The notes under the pieces are model-generated. The model was not told the DNA's origin, made no database searches, and was given only the letters and a program-made list of their open reading frames with translations. Both the position numbers and the translations under genes were made by a program. From a virus (taxonomy: Duplodnaviria > Caudoviricetes), in IMG/VR virus record IMGVR_UViG_3300033485_000021, positions 1-49,081 of that record: DNA of 49,081 bases. The stretch is one strand, 5' to 3'. The first letter of the stretch is position 1, and the number at the start of each line of letters is the position of its first letter. Shown one piece after another: positions 1 to 9,996 of this stretch.

Positions 1-2
1 AC

Positions 3-1934
3 GCCCCCTGCGCGGTCGTAGCCACGGCGACCGGCTCCAAGGTCAGGCAGGCCACGGCCAGCGTCACCGCCGTCGCCTCGACGGGCGGCGTCACCAGTGA
101 CTCCCTGACGGTGTGGAGCACGACGGCTGACGGCATCGTCTACTCCCAGAGCACGACCTACGCCACGGCGCGGTCTGGCAACATGCTCGACGTAAGCACC
201 GCGTCGGCTATCTGCTACGTCGGGCAAGATTTCATCGACCCCGACTACAGTTGCTACGAAACGTGCGTCTCTTTCGACACCTCCAGCGTCGGCGCAGGAA
301 GCACCGTCACCGTCGCCACGCAGTATCTCTGGAGCACGGTCGATTCCAGCGTCACCAACTTCGTCTTCCAGGCCCGCATCAAGGACTGGGGAGCGGAACT
401 CACCACCGCCGACTGGGTCGCCGGGGCCGACCTCGATGACAACACGCTGGTCGCCAGCAAGGACACCTCGGGCTGGAGCACGGGGGCCTACCTCGCGCTG
501 ACGAGCGAGTCGGCATTCCTGACCAACATCGCCCAGGCGGGCACGACCTACATCCAGTGGTCTTCGTCGCGGCACCTGAATGGCGACACCCCGACCGGGT
601 TCGAGCGCGTCACCATCGCCACCGCCGACGACGCCACCGGCGGCGGCGGCACTGATCGCGATCCGAAGCTCTACGTCGAGTGGACGGCGGGCGGTGGCGG
701 CCCGACTGGCAGCCGCATCCGTCAGCGCGATGCCTCCGTCACTGCCTGCGTCGAGACGCTCGCCACCGGGGAGAAGGCCGGCGGCACGACCAAGCAGGGC
801 ACCGCCGATGTCAGCGCCGTCGCCGTCACAGATTCGTCCGCTGGGGCGCTCAGACCACGCACAGGTACTGCCGATGCCCCGGCGGTCGCAACGGCAGCAG
901 GCGGCGCGCTGCGGCCCAGGACGGCCACTCCTGTCGCCTGTGCTGCTGCTACCGCCGCCGGGAAGCGCATCCGGTTGGCGAGCGCCTCCGTCGTCGCCTG
1001 CGCGGACGCCACGGCGCAGGCCGGCGAGGTCGAGGTCACGACCGCCAGCGTGGTCGCGGCTGCCGATGCCACCGCGAGCGGGGCGCGCATCCGCAGCCGC
1101 ACGGCGAGCGTGGTCGCCTGCGCCGACGCGACCGCCAGTGCTGGCGAGATCGAGGTCACGACGGCATCGGTCTACGCCGTCGTCGTCAGCGCGGCCACCG
1201 GCGGCGCCCTGCGCCCGCGCAGCGCCGAGATCTACGCCGTCGTCCACGCCACCGCCGTCAGCGGTGGTCAGAAAGCCGGAAGTGCCGAGGTCGCCGCCGC
1301 CGCCGTCGCCTCGGCCAGCGGAGCGCGCGTCAGGCAGCGCAGCGCCGAGGTGGTCGCCCCTGCCGACGCCGCCGCAGCCGCCGGCGCGCTCCGCACCCGC
1401 ACCTCGGAGGCCGTGACCGTCGCCGTCGCGACGGCGACCGGACAGCGTGTGAGCCGTCGCACATCGTCTGTGTTCGCCGTCGCGGTGGGGACGGCCGATG
1501 CCGGCGCCCTGCGTCAGGGCACGGCCAGCAGTGTCGCCACCGTCGAGGCGACCGCCTCCGGTGGCGGCGGCACCAACGGCACCGCGGCCGTCAGCGCCTG
1601 CGCCGAGAGCACCGCGACCGGGGCGGCGATCAGGAGTGCCACCGCCAGCGTGGCCTGCGTCGCCGCGAGTTCCTCGAGCGCCAAGAACATCTGCGCCGTG
1701 ACCTTCACCGAACCGCACGACAACGACCGCTACGAGCGCACCGTGGCCGGCACCATCGCCTGGACTTGCACCCCGGTCGAGAACGTCACCTTCCACCTCT
1801 GGGCCGTCGCCCGCGGCAGCGCCGTCGAGTACTACCTCAAGGACGTCGCCGCCGATGGCACGGGCTCCTACTCGACCACTGACGGCTTCGAGATCCCGCC
1901 TGGGCAGTTCCGCATGAAGGCGGTGGTGGACTGA
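3..1934 (+). CDS. 5'-truncated Ala/Thr/Val-repeat virion protein with a DNRLRE-like beta-sandwich domain
   Basis: The frame is open from the window start (APCAVVATATGSKVRQATASV...). It has ~20-aa repeats such as RIRSRTASVVACADATA. The segment FDTSSVG..TVTVATQYLW...RDPKLYVEW resembles DNRLRE domains. Confidence 0.6.
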   Translation, partial: APCAVVATATGSKVRQATASVTAVASTGGVTSDSLTVWSTTADGIVYSQSTTYATARSGNMLDVSTASAICYVGQDFIDPDYSCYETCVSFDTSSVGAGSTVTVATQYLWSTVDSSVTNFVFQARIKDWGAELTTADWVAGADLDDNTLVASKDTSGWSTGAYLALTSESAFLTNIAQAGTTYIQWSSSRHLNGDTPTGFERVTIATADDATGGGGTDRDPKLYVEWTAGGGGPTGSRIRQRDASVTACVETLATGEKAGGTTKQGTADVSAVAVTDSSAGALRPRTGTADAPAVATAAGGALRPRTATPVACAAATAAGKRIRLASASVVACADATAQAGEVEVTTASVVAAADATASGARIRSRTASVVACADATASAGEIEVTTASVYAVVVSAATGGALRPRSAEIYAVVHATAVSGGQKAGSAEVAAAAVASASGARVRQRSAEVVAPADAAAAAGALRTRTSEAVTVAVATATGQRVSRRTSSVFAVAVGTADAGALRQGTASSVATVEATASGGGGTNGTAAVSACAESTATGAAIRSATASVACVAASSSSAKNICAVTFTEPHDNDRYERTVAGTIAWTCTPVENVTFHLWAVARGSAVEYYLKDVAADGTGSYSTTDGFEIPPGQFRMKAVVD

Positions 1935-4240
1935 TGGCGATCATCTACCTCGACGGCCACACCATCAACGGCAACAGCCTCTCGTCGGGCGAGTTCGTCC
2001 TGCCGCACACCACGCCGCCCGTCGCCGGCGACCTCGCCATCTGCGTCTACTACTGCCGCGTCTACTCGACCACCAACTCGTTCTCGCCGCCGACGCTCGA
2101 CGGCACGATCGTCAACTACGACAACTCGACCTACGGGCGCCTCTGGGCGGGCTACAAGTTCCTCACCTCGACGGAGATCGCGGACGGCCACGTCGGCCAC
2201 TGGACGGCGGGCGGCGGCACCGGCCACACCAACGGCGAGATCGTCGCCGTCTTCCGCAACGTCGATAGCGCGACCCCGCTCGACGGGGTGACGCCGACCG
2301 AGTACGTCGGTTCGGCCACCACCTGGGATCCGGCCGCGGTCACGCCGACGACCACGGGCGCCGCCGTGGTCGTGGTCGCCGGCCGCGTGGACGACTTCGG
2401 CTCGACGTGGTCTGTCTCCTCGAACTTCACCTGGGATGCGCCGAGCGCCGACAACCAGACCGACGTCGAGTACTCCTGCTTCTCGAGCACCGGCGGCAAC
2501 GACGCCTCCTGCATCGTGGAGTGGCGCCTCGGGCGCACCGGCGGCGTCTCAGAGAACCCCGGCACGGTGGGCAACGCGCAGGCGTCGAGCGCCGGCGTCG
2601 CCTACACCTTCGCCCTCAAGCCTGCCGCGATGCTCGGCACCGCAGCCCCGGTCGCCGCGGCCCACGGCACCGCGACGGGGAGCAAGTTCTCCACCAAGCA
2701 GGGCACGGCGACACCACAGGCCGCGACCGTCGCGGAGGCCAACGGCGTCCGTACGCGCGCCCGCACCGCCGCAGTGGTCGCCTGCGTGGAGGCCACAGCC
2801 GAGGGCGGTCTGCCCAGTGGAGAGGTCAAGGACGGTACGGCAGAGGTCGCCGCCGCCGCCGACGCGACCGCCGACTGGACACGTACCCGTGTCCGCACCG
2901 CCGAGGTCGCCGCCGTGGTCGAGGCGACTGCCACCGCGACCGGCATCCAGCCGGCTACCGGAGAGGCGATCTGCGCGGCCGACGCGGCAGCTACCGGCCT
3001 GCGGAGCGGCGGCGCGACCGTCGAGGCGGTGGCCTGCGCCGTGGCAGAGGCCAACGGCGAGGTCACGGGCTGGTTCTGGGTCGTCGTCAGCCAGGAGGCC
3101 GTCGCCGTCGCGGCCAGCGACGCCGATGGCTCCAAGTTCAGCGGCCAGACCAAGGACGGCACCGCCGATGTGGCCGCGGTGGCCGACTCGGCGAGCACCG
3201 CCGTCCGTACGCGCCAGCGCACCTCCGAGGTCGCTGCCGTCGCCGTCAGCGACTCCGCGGCAGTTCGCACCCGCGCCCGCAGCAGCGAGGCGGTCGCCGT
3301 CGCGGTCGCCACGGCCAGCGGCTCGAGGATCCGCAGCCGCACGAGTGAGGTCGCCGCCGTCGCGGACGCCACGGCCACGGCGAAGCGCACGCGCGCCGCC
3401 AGCGCCGACACGGCCGCCGTCGCCGCCGCGCTCGCCGCCGGTCAGCGTCAGGGCACCGGCAACGGCTTCTCTGAGGTGGCTGCCGTCGCCGTCAGTGCCG
3501 CCTCCGGTCGCAAGACCGCCGCCGGCACGGGTAACATCGTCGCCGCCGTCGCGGCGACAGCCACGGGAAGCGGCCTGTCCAATGCGACCGCCAGCCCCGT
3601 TGCCACCGTCGCCGTGGCGGCCACCGCGAAGCGCATCCGCGGGGCGACCGCCAGTGTCGCGGCGGTCGCCGTCGCCACCGCGAACAAGACCCTCATCGGG
3701 CGCCGCACGGCCGACGTCGCCGCAGTCGCCCACGCCACCGCCGCCGGCACCAAGACCGGCCTCGGCACGGGCTACGGCGAGATCGTCGCGGTCACCAGCA
3801 GCGCCGCTACAGCCAAGCGCCTGCGCCTCGCCAGCGCCACCCCGGTCGCCGCCGTGGCGATCGCCGCGAGCGGCCAGCGCATCCGGCTCGCCAGCGCCGC
3901 CGTCGCCGCCGTCGTCGCCTCTGATGCCACGGCGGCGCGTACCCGTAGCGCCACCGCCGAGGCGAGCGCCTGCGTCGCCATCGAGTCGGCCTTCACCGCC
4001 ATCAAGCAGGCGACAGGTTCCAGCACGGCCGTCGCAGTCGCGTACTGTGTCAACGTCACGACGAGTGTCGTCGTCCACGTCGGGCTGACGCGGGCCGACC
4101 TCTGGAAATGCGAACTCGCCGCCAGCGACTGGCACGTCCACTTCGGCCTCGAGGTCGAGTGGCTCGAGCCCGAAACCGAGATCGCCATCACGCTGGGCGG
4201 CCTGGAAAGTGAGTGGGAGGTAGCCGATGGAAGTGACTGA
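1934..4240 (+). CDS. Ala/Thr/Val-repeat virion protein (768 aa) with an N-terminal globular beta domain
   Basis: TGATG coupling to the upstream gene. ~230-aa beta-rich N-terminus, then many RTRxRTAEVAAVAxATA repeats. Confidence 0.65.
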   Translation: MAIIYLDGHTINGNSLSSGEFVLPHTTPPVAGDLAICVYYCRVYSTTNSFSPPTLDGTIVNYDNSTYGRLWAGYKFLTSTEIADGHVGHWTAGGGTGHTNGEIVAVFRNVDSATPLDGVTPTEYVGSATTWDPAAVTPTTTGAAVVVVAGRVDDFGSTWSVSSNFTWDAPSADNQTDVEYSCFSSTGGNDASCIVEWRLGRTGGVSENPGTVGNAQASSAGVAYTFALKPAAMLGTAAPVAAAHGTATGSKFSTKQGTATPQAATVAEANGVRTRARTAAVVACVEATAEGGLPSGEVKDGTAEVAAAADATADWTRTRVRTAEVAAVVEATATATGIQPATGEAICAADAAATGLRSGGATVEAVACAVAEANGEVTGWFWVVVSQEAVAVAASDADGSKFSGQTKDGTADVAAVADSASTAVRTRQRTSEVAAVAVSDSAAVRTRARSSEAVAVAVATASGSRIRSRTSEVAAVADATATAKRTRAASADTAAVAAALAAGQRQGTGNGFSEVAAVAVSAASGRKTAAGTGNIVAAVAATATGSGLSNATASPVATVAVAATAKRIRGATASVAAVAVATANKTLIGRRTADVAAVAHATAAGTKTGLGTGYGEIVAVTSSAATAKRLRLASATPVAAVAIAASGQRIRLASAAVAAVVASDATAARTRSATAEASACVAIESAFTAIKQATGSSTAVAVAYCVNVTTSVVVHVGLTRADLWKCELAASDWHVHFGLEVEWLEPETEIAITLGGLESEWEVADGSD

Positions 4241-4544
4241 AGTCCTTGAGGAGACTGTCGAGTACATCCGCACGAGCGTCTGCGTCACGCGCGCCGGCGT
4301 GCCCTACGATCCGACCGCCGACGCGGTGTCCTTCGCCTTCTGCCCCGCGGCACAGGCCGACGACCCGCCCGACGACATCACCTACCACAACGGCATCTGG
4401 GAGACGATCAGCGGCGTCCACTACGCCAAGTGCCTGCTGGGCAGCGGCTTCACGCTCTCGCCGGGGGCGTACCTCGTGCTGCTCAAGATCGTTGACTCGC
4501 CCGAGACGCCGATCAAGAAGGCCGGCTGGCTGAAGGTGCTCTAG
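4227..4544 (+). CDS. hypothetical virion-associated protein (105 aa)
   Basis: GGAGGT SD upstream, high GC3 codon usage, fills the gap between neighbours. Confidence 0.75.
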   Translation: MEVTEVLEETVEYIRTSVCVTRAGVPYDPTADAVSFAFCPAAQADDPPDDITYHNGIWETISGVHYAKCLLGSGFTLSPGAYLVLLKIVDSPETPIKKAGWLKVL

Positions 4545-5417
4545 ATGCTCCTCGAGACACTCGACCGCACGCTCCAGAAGACGCTCTACTGGCACCGCGT
4601 GGAGGCGCTCGCCGGCGCCGTGGGGACGATGGAGATCAACGCCCGCCAGATGTTCGCCATGCAGGCGTACGACGTCCTGCTGGCGCTCTTCTACGCCGAC
4701 CTCGAGGAGGCGACCAGCAAGGAGGAGGAGGACGACCGCAAGGTCGCCGTCATCATGGCCGCCGTCGCGCTCGCCCTGAAGAACCGCCTCGAGCGCGATG
4801 TCGTCACCCTCCAGCCGGGGCTCGCCCAGGCGCTGCGGACGGCGCTTGTGCAGAGCGCCTTCGCCAAGTACGGCATCACCGGCGGGCTCGACTCGATCCG
4901 CGGCGAGCAGTGGCTGCTCTCTCACGGCGCCGAACTCGTGACCCAGATCAACGAGTTCACCCGCGAGCGCATGGCGAAGCTGCTGGCCGACTCCTTCCGC
5001 GCCGGCGAGTCCATCGAGCAGATCGCCGCCAAGCTCTCCGCGAGCTTCGATGAGATGAGCGCCTACCGCGCCCGCCGCATCGCCCTCACCGAGACGAGCA
5101 AGGCGTGGAGCTACGCCGAGATGCAGTCGGCCTACGAGATGGAGGGCGCCGGCTACACGATGGTCAAGGAGTGGCTCCTCGGCCCCATGCACCCGCGCTA
5201 CGACATCTGCGACCACAACCATGAGGAGGGCGCCATCCCTCTCAAGCGACCGTTCTCGAGCGGGGACATGGCACCGCCGCAACACCCGAACTGCGGCTGC
5301 TCGCTCATCACCTACCCAGATGGCAGCGTCCAACAGCCTTGGGGCAGCCAAGTCATCGGCCAGACGCCGATGATGCCATTCGGGTTCGGACTCGACCAAG
5401 GAGAGCAGCGTGACTGA
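4545..5417 (+). CDS. phage head morphogenesis / minor capsid protein (MuF, SPP1 gp7-like)
   Basis: RARRIALTETSKA, KEW, CxxN and PPQHPNCGC motifs. Confidence 0.85.
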   Translation: MLLETLDRTLQKTLYWHRVEALAGAVGTMEINARQMFAMQAYDVLLALFYADLEEATSKEEEDDRKVAVIMAAVALALKNRLERDVVTLQPGLAQALRTALVQSAFAKYGITGGLDSIRGEQWLLSHGAELVTQINEFTRERMAKLLADSFRAGESIEQIAAKLSASFDEMSAYRARRIALTETSKAWSYAEMQSAYEMEGAGYTMVKEWLLGPMHPRYDICDHNHEEGAIPLKRPFSSGDMAPPQHPNCGCSLITYPDGSVQQPWGSQVIGQTPMMPFGFGLDQGEQRD

Positions 5418-6555
5418 CGAACTGCGTGACCCAGATCTCGAATCGGAGGTGATCCCGCTGGCCGAGCGCGCCGTGGCGCGCGACGGCACCATCGAGATGC
5501 GCCTCATCCAGCCGGGGTGGGGAGCCAGCGGCTACTACCCCAAGGAGGTGCTCGAGCGCGACGGGCCGAACGTCTGGCCGGCGGGCACCCACATGTACCT
5601 CGACCATCCCACCGAGAGCGAGATGAAGGAACGCCCCGAGCGCAGCGTGCGCGACTTGGCCGCGGTGACCATCTCGACCCCGGTGTACCAGGAGCAGGGC
5701 AAGGCTGGCCCCGGCCTCTACGCCAAGGCCAGCGTCCTGCCGCAGTGGAAGGACACGATCGAGGCGCTGGCGCCCTACATCGGCGTCTCCATCCGCGCCA
5801 GCGGCCAGTACGAGGCCGGCGAGGCCGAGGGCAAGAGCGGCAAGGTCATCAAGAGCCTCGTCAAGGGGCACTCGGTGGACTTCGTCACCAAGCCGGGAGC
5901 CGGCGGTCAGGTGCTCGCCGTCATGGAGAGCCTGCGTCAGGCCGGCACGTTCCAGAGCGAGCCTTCCAGTGTGGTATCAACTTCGGAAGCGATGGACGAC
6001 GCAACGACAACGACGACCAGCAGCAGCGCCGCCCAGACGATGACGGTGCATTACGACGCCTCCGCAGTGTCGGAGACTCAGTCCAAGGAAGGAGAGGACG
6101 GCATGGCCGAACTCGAGGAAGTGACCGAGCGCGTCTCCACCCTGGAGACAGAACTCGAAGAGGCCCGGAAGGTCAACGACGAACTCAAGACCCGTGCCGA
6201 GCGCGCCGAGGGCGCCTTGGCGATCCTCAAGGCCCAGGAGGCCATCAAGGGGATGCTCGACAACGTCGAACTCCCGGCCGCCGCGAAGACGCGCATCGTC
6301 AGCAAGCTGGCGATGGACGCGCCGATGAACGAGGGCGAACTCGACATCGAGGCGCTCAAGGAGACGGTCGAGGCCGAGGTCAAGGTCGAGGCCGAGTACA
6401 TCGAGGCCGTGACACCGCAGGGCAAGGTGACCGATCAGGGCACCATCGCCCCCACGGCCGAGAAGACCGACGTCAAGGAAAGCCTCACCAAGAGCCTGAG
6501 CAGCTTCTTCCGGCTCGACGGCGAGGCCGCCAAGCGCGCCGTCGAAGGGCGCTAG
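5410..6555 (+). CDS. capsid maturation protease fused to scaffold
   Basis: GWGASGYYP, MYLDHP, SVRDLA, GVSIRA and SVDFVTKPGAGG protease motifs. Acidic coiled-coil C-terminus. Confidence 0.85.
   Translation: MTDELRDPDLESEVIPLAERAVARDGTIEMRLIQPGWGASGYYPKEVLERDGPNVWPAGTHMYLDHPTESEMKERPERSVRDLAAVTISTPVYQEQGKAGPGLYAKASVLPQWKDTIEALAPYIGVSIRASGQYEAGEAEGKSGKVIKSLVKGHSVDFVTKPGAGGQVLAVMESLRQAGTFQSEPSSVVSTSEAMDDATTTTTSSSAAQTMTVHYDASAVSETQSKEGEDGMAELEEVTERVSTLETELEEARKVNDELKTRAERAEGALAILKAQEAIKGMLDNVELPAAAKTRIVSKLAMDAPMNEGELDIEALKETVEAEVKVEAEYIEAVTPQGKVTDQGTIAPTAEKTDVKESLTKSLSSFFRLDGEAAKRAVEGR
6103..6555 (+). CDS. putative nested in-frame scaffold protein (internal start MAELEEV...)
   Basis: AAGGAGAGGA SD before the in-frame ATG at 6103, right after a Ser/Thr linker. 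Lambda C/Nu3-type arrangement. Confidence 0.55.
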   Translation: MAELEEVTERVSTLETELEEARKVNDELKTRAERAEGALAILKAQEAIKGMLDNVELPAAAKTRIVSKLAMDAPMNEGELDIEALKETVEAEVKVEAEYIEAVTPQGKVTDQGTIAPTAEKTDVKESLTKSLSSFFRLDGEAAKRAVEGR

Positions 6556-6564
6556 GAGGTACAA

Positions 6565-6921
6565 GTGGCTACGAACGAGGTCTACAAAGAGGCGGCTTAC
6601 ATCCCGCTGACCGTGGGTGCTTCCGTCGCCGCCCGCAACCCCGTGTTGGTGGGCAAGGTGCCGGGAGTCACGCTGACCGCAACGGCTGCTTCGGGCACCC
6701 AGGTCGCCACGGTCGCCACCGAGGGCGTCTTCAAGCTCTCCGTCCACGCGGACAACGGTGGCAGCACCACCATCGCCCAAGGCGACATCATCTACTGGTC
6801 GGGCACCAATGCTTCGCCCGTCCTCGACGTCAACACGGGCGGCACCCGCTGGGGCTACGCCCTGGAGGCCATCAGCGCGAGCGGCACGTCCGCGACCATC
6901 AAGTGCCTCGTCGGCTACTGA
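6565..6921 (+). CDS. capsid cement/decoration protein (DUF2190-like)
   Basis: 118 aa, with VLVGKVPGV..ATEGVFKL..IAQGDIIYW..GYALEA. Lies between protease and capsid. Confidence 0.75.
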   Translation: MATNEVYKEAAYIPLTVGASVAARNPVLVGKVPGVTLTATAASGTQVATVATEGVFKLSVHADNGGSTTIAQGDIIYWSGTNASPVLDVNTGGTRWGYALEAISASGTSATIKCLVGY

Positions 6922-6938
6922 GTCGAAGGAGGTAGGAG

Positions 6939-8168
6939 ATGGCGACCAACGAAGCATACAAGCGTGGGTGGATCATCCCGCTCACGGTGGGCGCCAGTGT
7001 CGCGGCCCGCACCCCGGTCTGCGTCGGCAAGATCCCCGGCGTGACCCTCACGGCAACCGGATCCACCGGCACCGAGATCGCCTCGGTGCTGCGCCATGGC
7101 GTCTGCGACCTCACGGTAGACAGCGCCTGCGACGCCGTCACCCTCGCGCTGGCCTCGGTGACCAACACCCAGACGCTGATCTTCAACGCGATCACCTACA
7201 CGGCGACCACCTCGACCACGACGTGGTCAACGCGCAACTACTCCATCGCCGGCACCGACGCCGCCGACGCGCTGCTGCTGGCCAAGGCCATCAACGGCGG
7301 TCAGTACCTGAGCCTCTCGGGCGTCACCGCCGGCCAGACCGTGACCGTCGCCGGCCTGACCTTCACCGCTCACGGCACGACCACCACGGTCGCCAACCGC
7401 GAGTTCAGCATCGCCGGCACCGACACCCAGGACGCCACCGAACTGGTGACCTGTCTGACCGATGGCACCTACGGCATCGGCACGGGCTACACGGTGACGC
7501 AGAGTTCGGCGGCCGAGATCCTCATCCAGCCGTTCACGCTCTACCCGACCGCCGCCTATCCGGCCCCGGTCATCAGCAAGAGCGGCGCCGGCATCACGAT
7601 CTCGACGCTCGCGCCGCCTCCGAACGTCATCGCCAGCGTGAACGACAACGACATCACGCTCAAGTCGAGCGAGACGATCAGCGCCGTCACCGGCACCGCC
7701 TCTGGGGCGACCATCACGGTCGATCACGGCGCCACCTCCACGATGCCGATCTCCGAGGGTGCCAGTGTCTACTGGACGACGCCTTCGACGCTCAACCTGC
7801 ACGAAGGAGCGACCTTCTTCGGCCGCGCCCTCGAGAAGGCCGACGACCGCAAGATCACGCTGGGCACGGTCACGAACAGCCAGACCGTGATCATCAACGG
7901 CATCACCTTCACCGCGCACACCAACACGACCACCAAGTCCACCCGCACCTTCTCGATCGCGGGGACGGACACGCAGGACGCCGACGAACTCTGCTCCTGC
8001 ATCAACGACAAGGTCTATGGCCTCGTCGGCTTCACCGCGACCAACAACTCGGGAACCATCACCCTGGCCTACGACGGGGACATCGTCGTCACCGGCACCG
8101 CGCGCATCGGCGGCACCGTGACCACCGCTCCCGGCTCGCGCAAGATCAGGGTCAAGCTCGGCTACTAA
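6939..8168 (+). CDS. DUF2190-like cement paralog carrying three inserted repeat domains
   Basis: The N-terminus (MATNE..IPLTVGASVAAR..VGK.PGVTLTAT) and the G.ALE and terminal GY motifs match the 6565 protein. Three repeats containing SIAGTD are inserted. Confidence 0.75.
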   Translation: MATNEAYKRGWIIPLTVGASVAARTPVCVGKIPGVTLTATGSTGTEIASVLRHGVCDLTVDSACDAVTLALASVTNTQTLIFNAITYTATTSTTTWSTRNYSIAGTDAADALLLAKAINGGQYLSLSGVTAGQTVTVAGLTFTAHGTTTTVANREFSIAGTDTQDATELVTCLTDGTYGIGTGYTVTQSSAAEILIQPFTLYPTAAYPAPVISKSGAGITISTLAPPPNVIASVNDNDITLKSSETISAVTGTASGATITVDHGATSTMPISEGASVYWTTPSTLNLHEGATFFGRALEKADDRKITLGTVTNSQTVIINGITFTAHTNTTTKSTRTFSIAGTDTQDADELCSCINDKVYGLVGFTATNNSGTITLAYDGDIVVTGTARIGGTVTTAPGSRKIRVKLGY

Positions 8169-8186
8169 GCCGAGAGGAGGAAAGGC

Positions 8187-9374
8187 ATGGCAGACGAAGT
8201 CATCACCCAGGTCGAAGAGACGGTCGAGTCCACCGCCAGCGGCAGTGACTTGATGACCGTTCTCGGCCGCGAGGGCGGGTTCGCGCGCAAGCGGTACTCC
8301 GACGAGATCATCGCCTCCTTCATGGAGACGCTCGACCGCGCCGGCGCGGGCAGCAACCACGCCTACTACCAGTTGAAGGAGGCGATGGTCACCGCCGACT
8401 TCCCGTACCTCATGGGAGACGTGCTCGACCGTTCGCTCATGGCCCAGTGGGGCACCACGATGCCCGCTTGGCAGCAGTACATCAAGACCGGCACCGTCCG
8501 CGATTTCCGTCAGGCCAAGTGGCTCGGCATCGAGGGCATGGGCTCGGTGCTCGACGCGGTCGGGGAGCGCGCTGAGTATCCTGAGCGTGGCCCCGTCGAG
8601 GAGACGCCGATCACCCGTCAGGTCGCCAAGTACGGTGGCCGTTTCGGCATCTCGTGGGAGAGCATCATCAACGACGACCTCGGCGCGCTCCGCGAGCTTC
8701 CACAGCGTCTGGTCGAGGCGGCCCGCCGCACCGAGGCTCTGGCCGCCAGCAAGATGTACGTGGGCACCGCGAGCGCCGGCTTCAACGCGACGCTCTACAG
8801 CGACACGTACGACAACATCGTGAACACGCACGCCGGCGCGTCGGCCAACAACCCCGCGCTCTCGCTCGCCAACCTCGCTCAGGCGTTCCTCGTCATGTCC
8901 AAGCACACCGACTACGACGGGTTCCCGCTGATCATCGACGCGGTCACCCTCGTCGTCCCGCCGGCGCTCGAGGTCACGGCGCGCAACATCCTCAACGCCA
9001 CCGAGGTCACCGTGGCCACCGGCGGCGGCGCCTACAACGCGGCCGACCAGATCCGCGTGGCGAACTGGATCGCCAACCGCATCAGCCTCGCGGTCGATCC
9101 GTACATCTCGATGTGCGCCACCAGCAACGCGACCACCTGCTGGTTCCTGTTCGCCTCCACCGGCGCGGCCCGTCCCGCCATCCAGATGGACTACCTCGCC
9201 GGCCACGAGCGCCCCGAGTTGTTCGTCAAGACGCCGAACGCCTCGCGCGTCGGCGGCGGCACGGTGGCCGAGTCCTTCGAGACGGACACCCAGGAGTACC
9301 GCATCCGTCACGTCTTCGGGCTCACCCAGGTGGCCCCGTACGCGACCGTCGCCTCGAACGGCTCTGGTGCCTGA
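8187..9374 (+). CDS. major capsid protein
   Basis: 395 aa. TADFPYL, VRDFR, KYGGRFGISWESIINDDLGAL, LVVPPALE and YRIRHVFG motifs, plus position. Confidence 0.88.
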   Translation: MADEVITQVEETVESTASGSDLMTVLGREGGFARKRYSDEIIASFMETLDRAGAGSNHAYYQLKEAMVTADFPYLMGDVLDRSLMAQWGTTMPAWQQYIKTGTVRDFRQAKWLGIEGMGSVLDAVGERAEYPERGPVEETPITRQVAKYGGRFGISWESIINDDLGALRELPQRLVEAARRTEALAASKMYVGTASAGFNATLYSDTYDNIVNTHAGASANNPALSLANLAQAFLVMSKHTDYDGFPLIIDAVTLVVPPALEVTARNILNATEVTVATGGGAYNAADQIRVANWIANRISLAVDPYISMCATSNATTCWFLFASTGAARPAIQMDYLAGHERPELFVKTPNASRVGGGTVAESFETDTQEYRIRHVFGLTQVAPYATVASNGSGA

Positions 9375-9607
9375 TGAGGCATCCTCACGACATCGTCCCG
9401 CGTGACGACAAGGACGAAGTCCTCGTCGCCATCTTCGACGTGCTCGTGGAGATCCGCGACGCTCTGGCACCGGCGGCTTCCGAGCCGCCGGTGCCTGCGG
9501 AGCCCGTGGCCGAGGCGGTGCCGGAACCGGCCCCGGCCGCGGCCCCGCGGGCTCGTCGGGCGCCGGCCAAGAAGAAGACCACGGCCCGTAAGAAGAAGGC
9601 GACATGA
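9374..9607 (+). CDS. small Pro/Ala/Lys-rich hypothetical protein (77 aa)
   Basis: TGATG coupling after capsid. MRHPHDIV...KKKTTARKKKAT. Confidence 0.7.
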   Translation: MRHPHDIVPRDDKDEVLVAIFDVLVEIRDALAPAASEPPVPAEPVAEAVPEPAPAAAPRARRAPAKKKTTARKKKAT

Positions 9608-9996
9608 CCTGGACTTACGACGTATCGACAGATGTCGGGAAGGTGCGCCTGCGGATCAGTGATACGGAGATGACCCGCCCGATCTTCGATGACGAGGACA
9701 TCGCAGCGTTCCTCTCGATGGCCTCCGACTCGATCCCGCTCGCCGCGGCGATGGCCTGTGAGACGATCGCCATGAACGAGCTTCTCTGTCTGAAGGTCGT
9801 GAATCTGATGGGGGCGGTGGTCACTGACGCCGCCTCTGCCGCCAAGCAGTACCGTGCCCTGGCCGAGACGCTACGCGCTGAAGACGCGCAGACCGTCACG
9901 GCGGCCTCTCCCGGCTTCGTGTCCATCGAGATGGCCGACGACTTCCTCCAGCGCCGTGAGAAGTACGCCAAGACGGTCGAGGAGGAGAGCTACTGA
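9604..9996 (+). CDS. head-to-tail adaptor
   Basis: TDVGKVRLRISDT..IFDDEDIAAFL motif, plus position. Confidence 0.75.
   Translation: MTWTYDVSTDVGKVRLRISDTEMTRPIFDDEDIAAFLSMASDSIPLAAAMACETIAMNELLCLKVVNLMGAVVTDAASAAKQYRALAETLRAEDAQTVTAASPGFVSIEMADDFLQRREKYAKTVEEESY

Noticed and set aside
580-9605. Long alternative-frame or antisense ORFs (680-1882, 2436-4088, 2549-4288, 7227-9605)
   Set aside because: These are Arg/Pro/Gly-rich shadow frames of high-GC3 genes.
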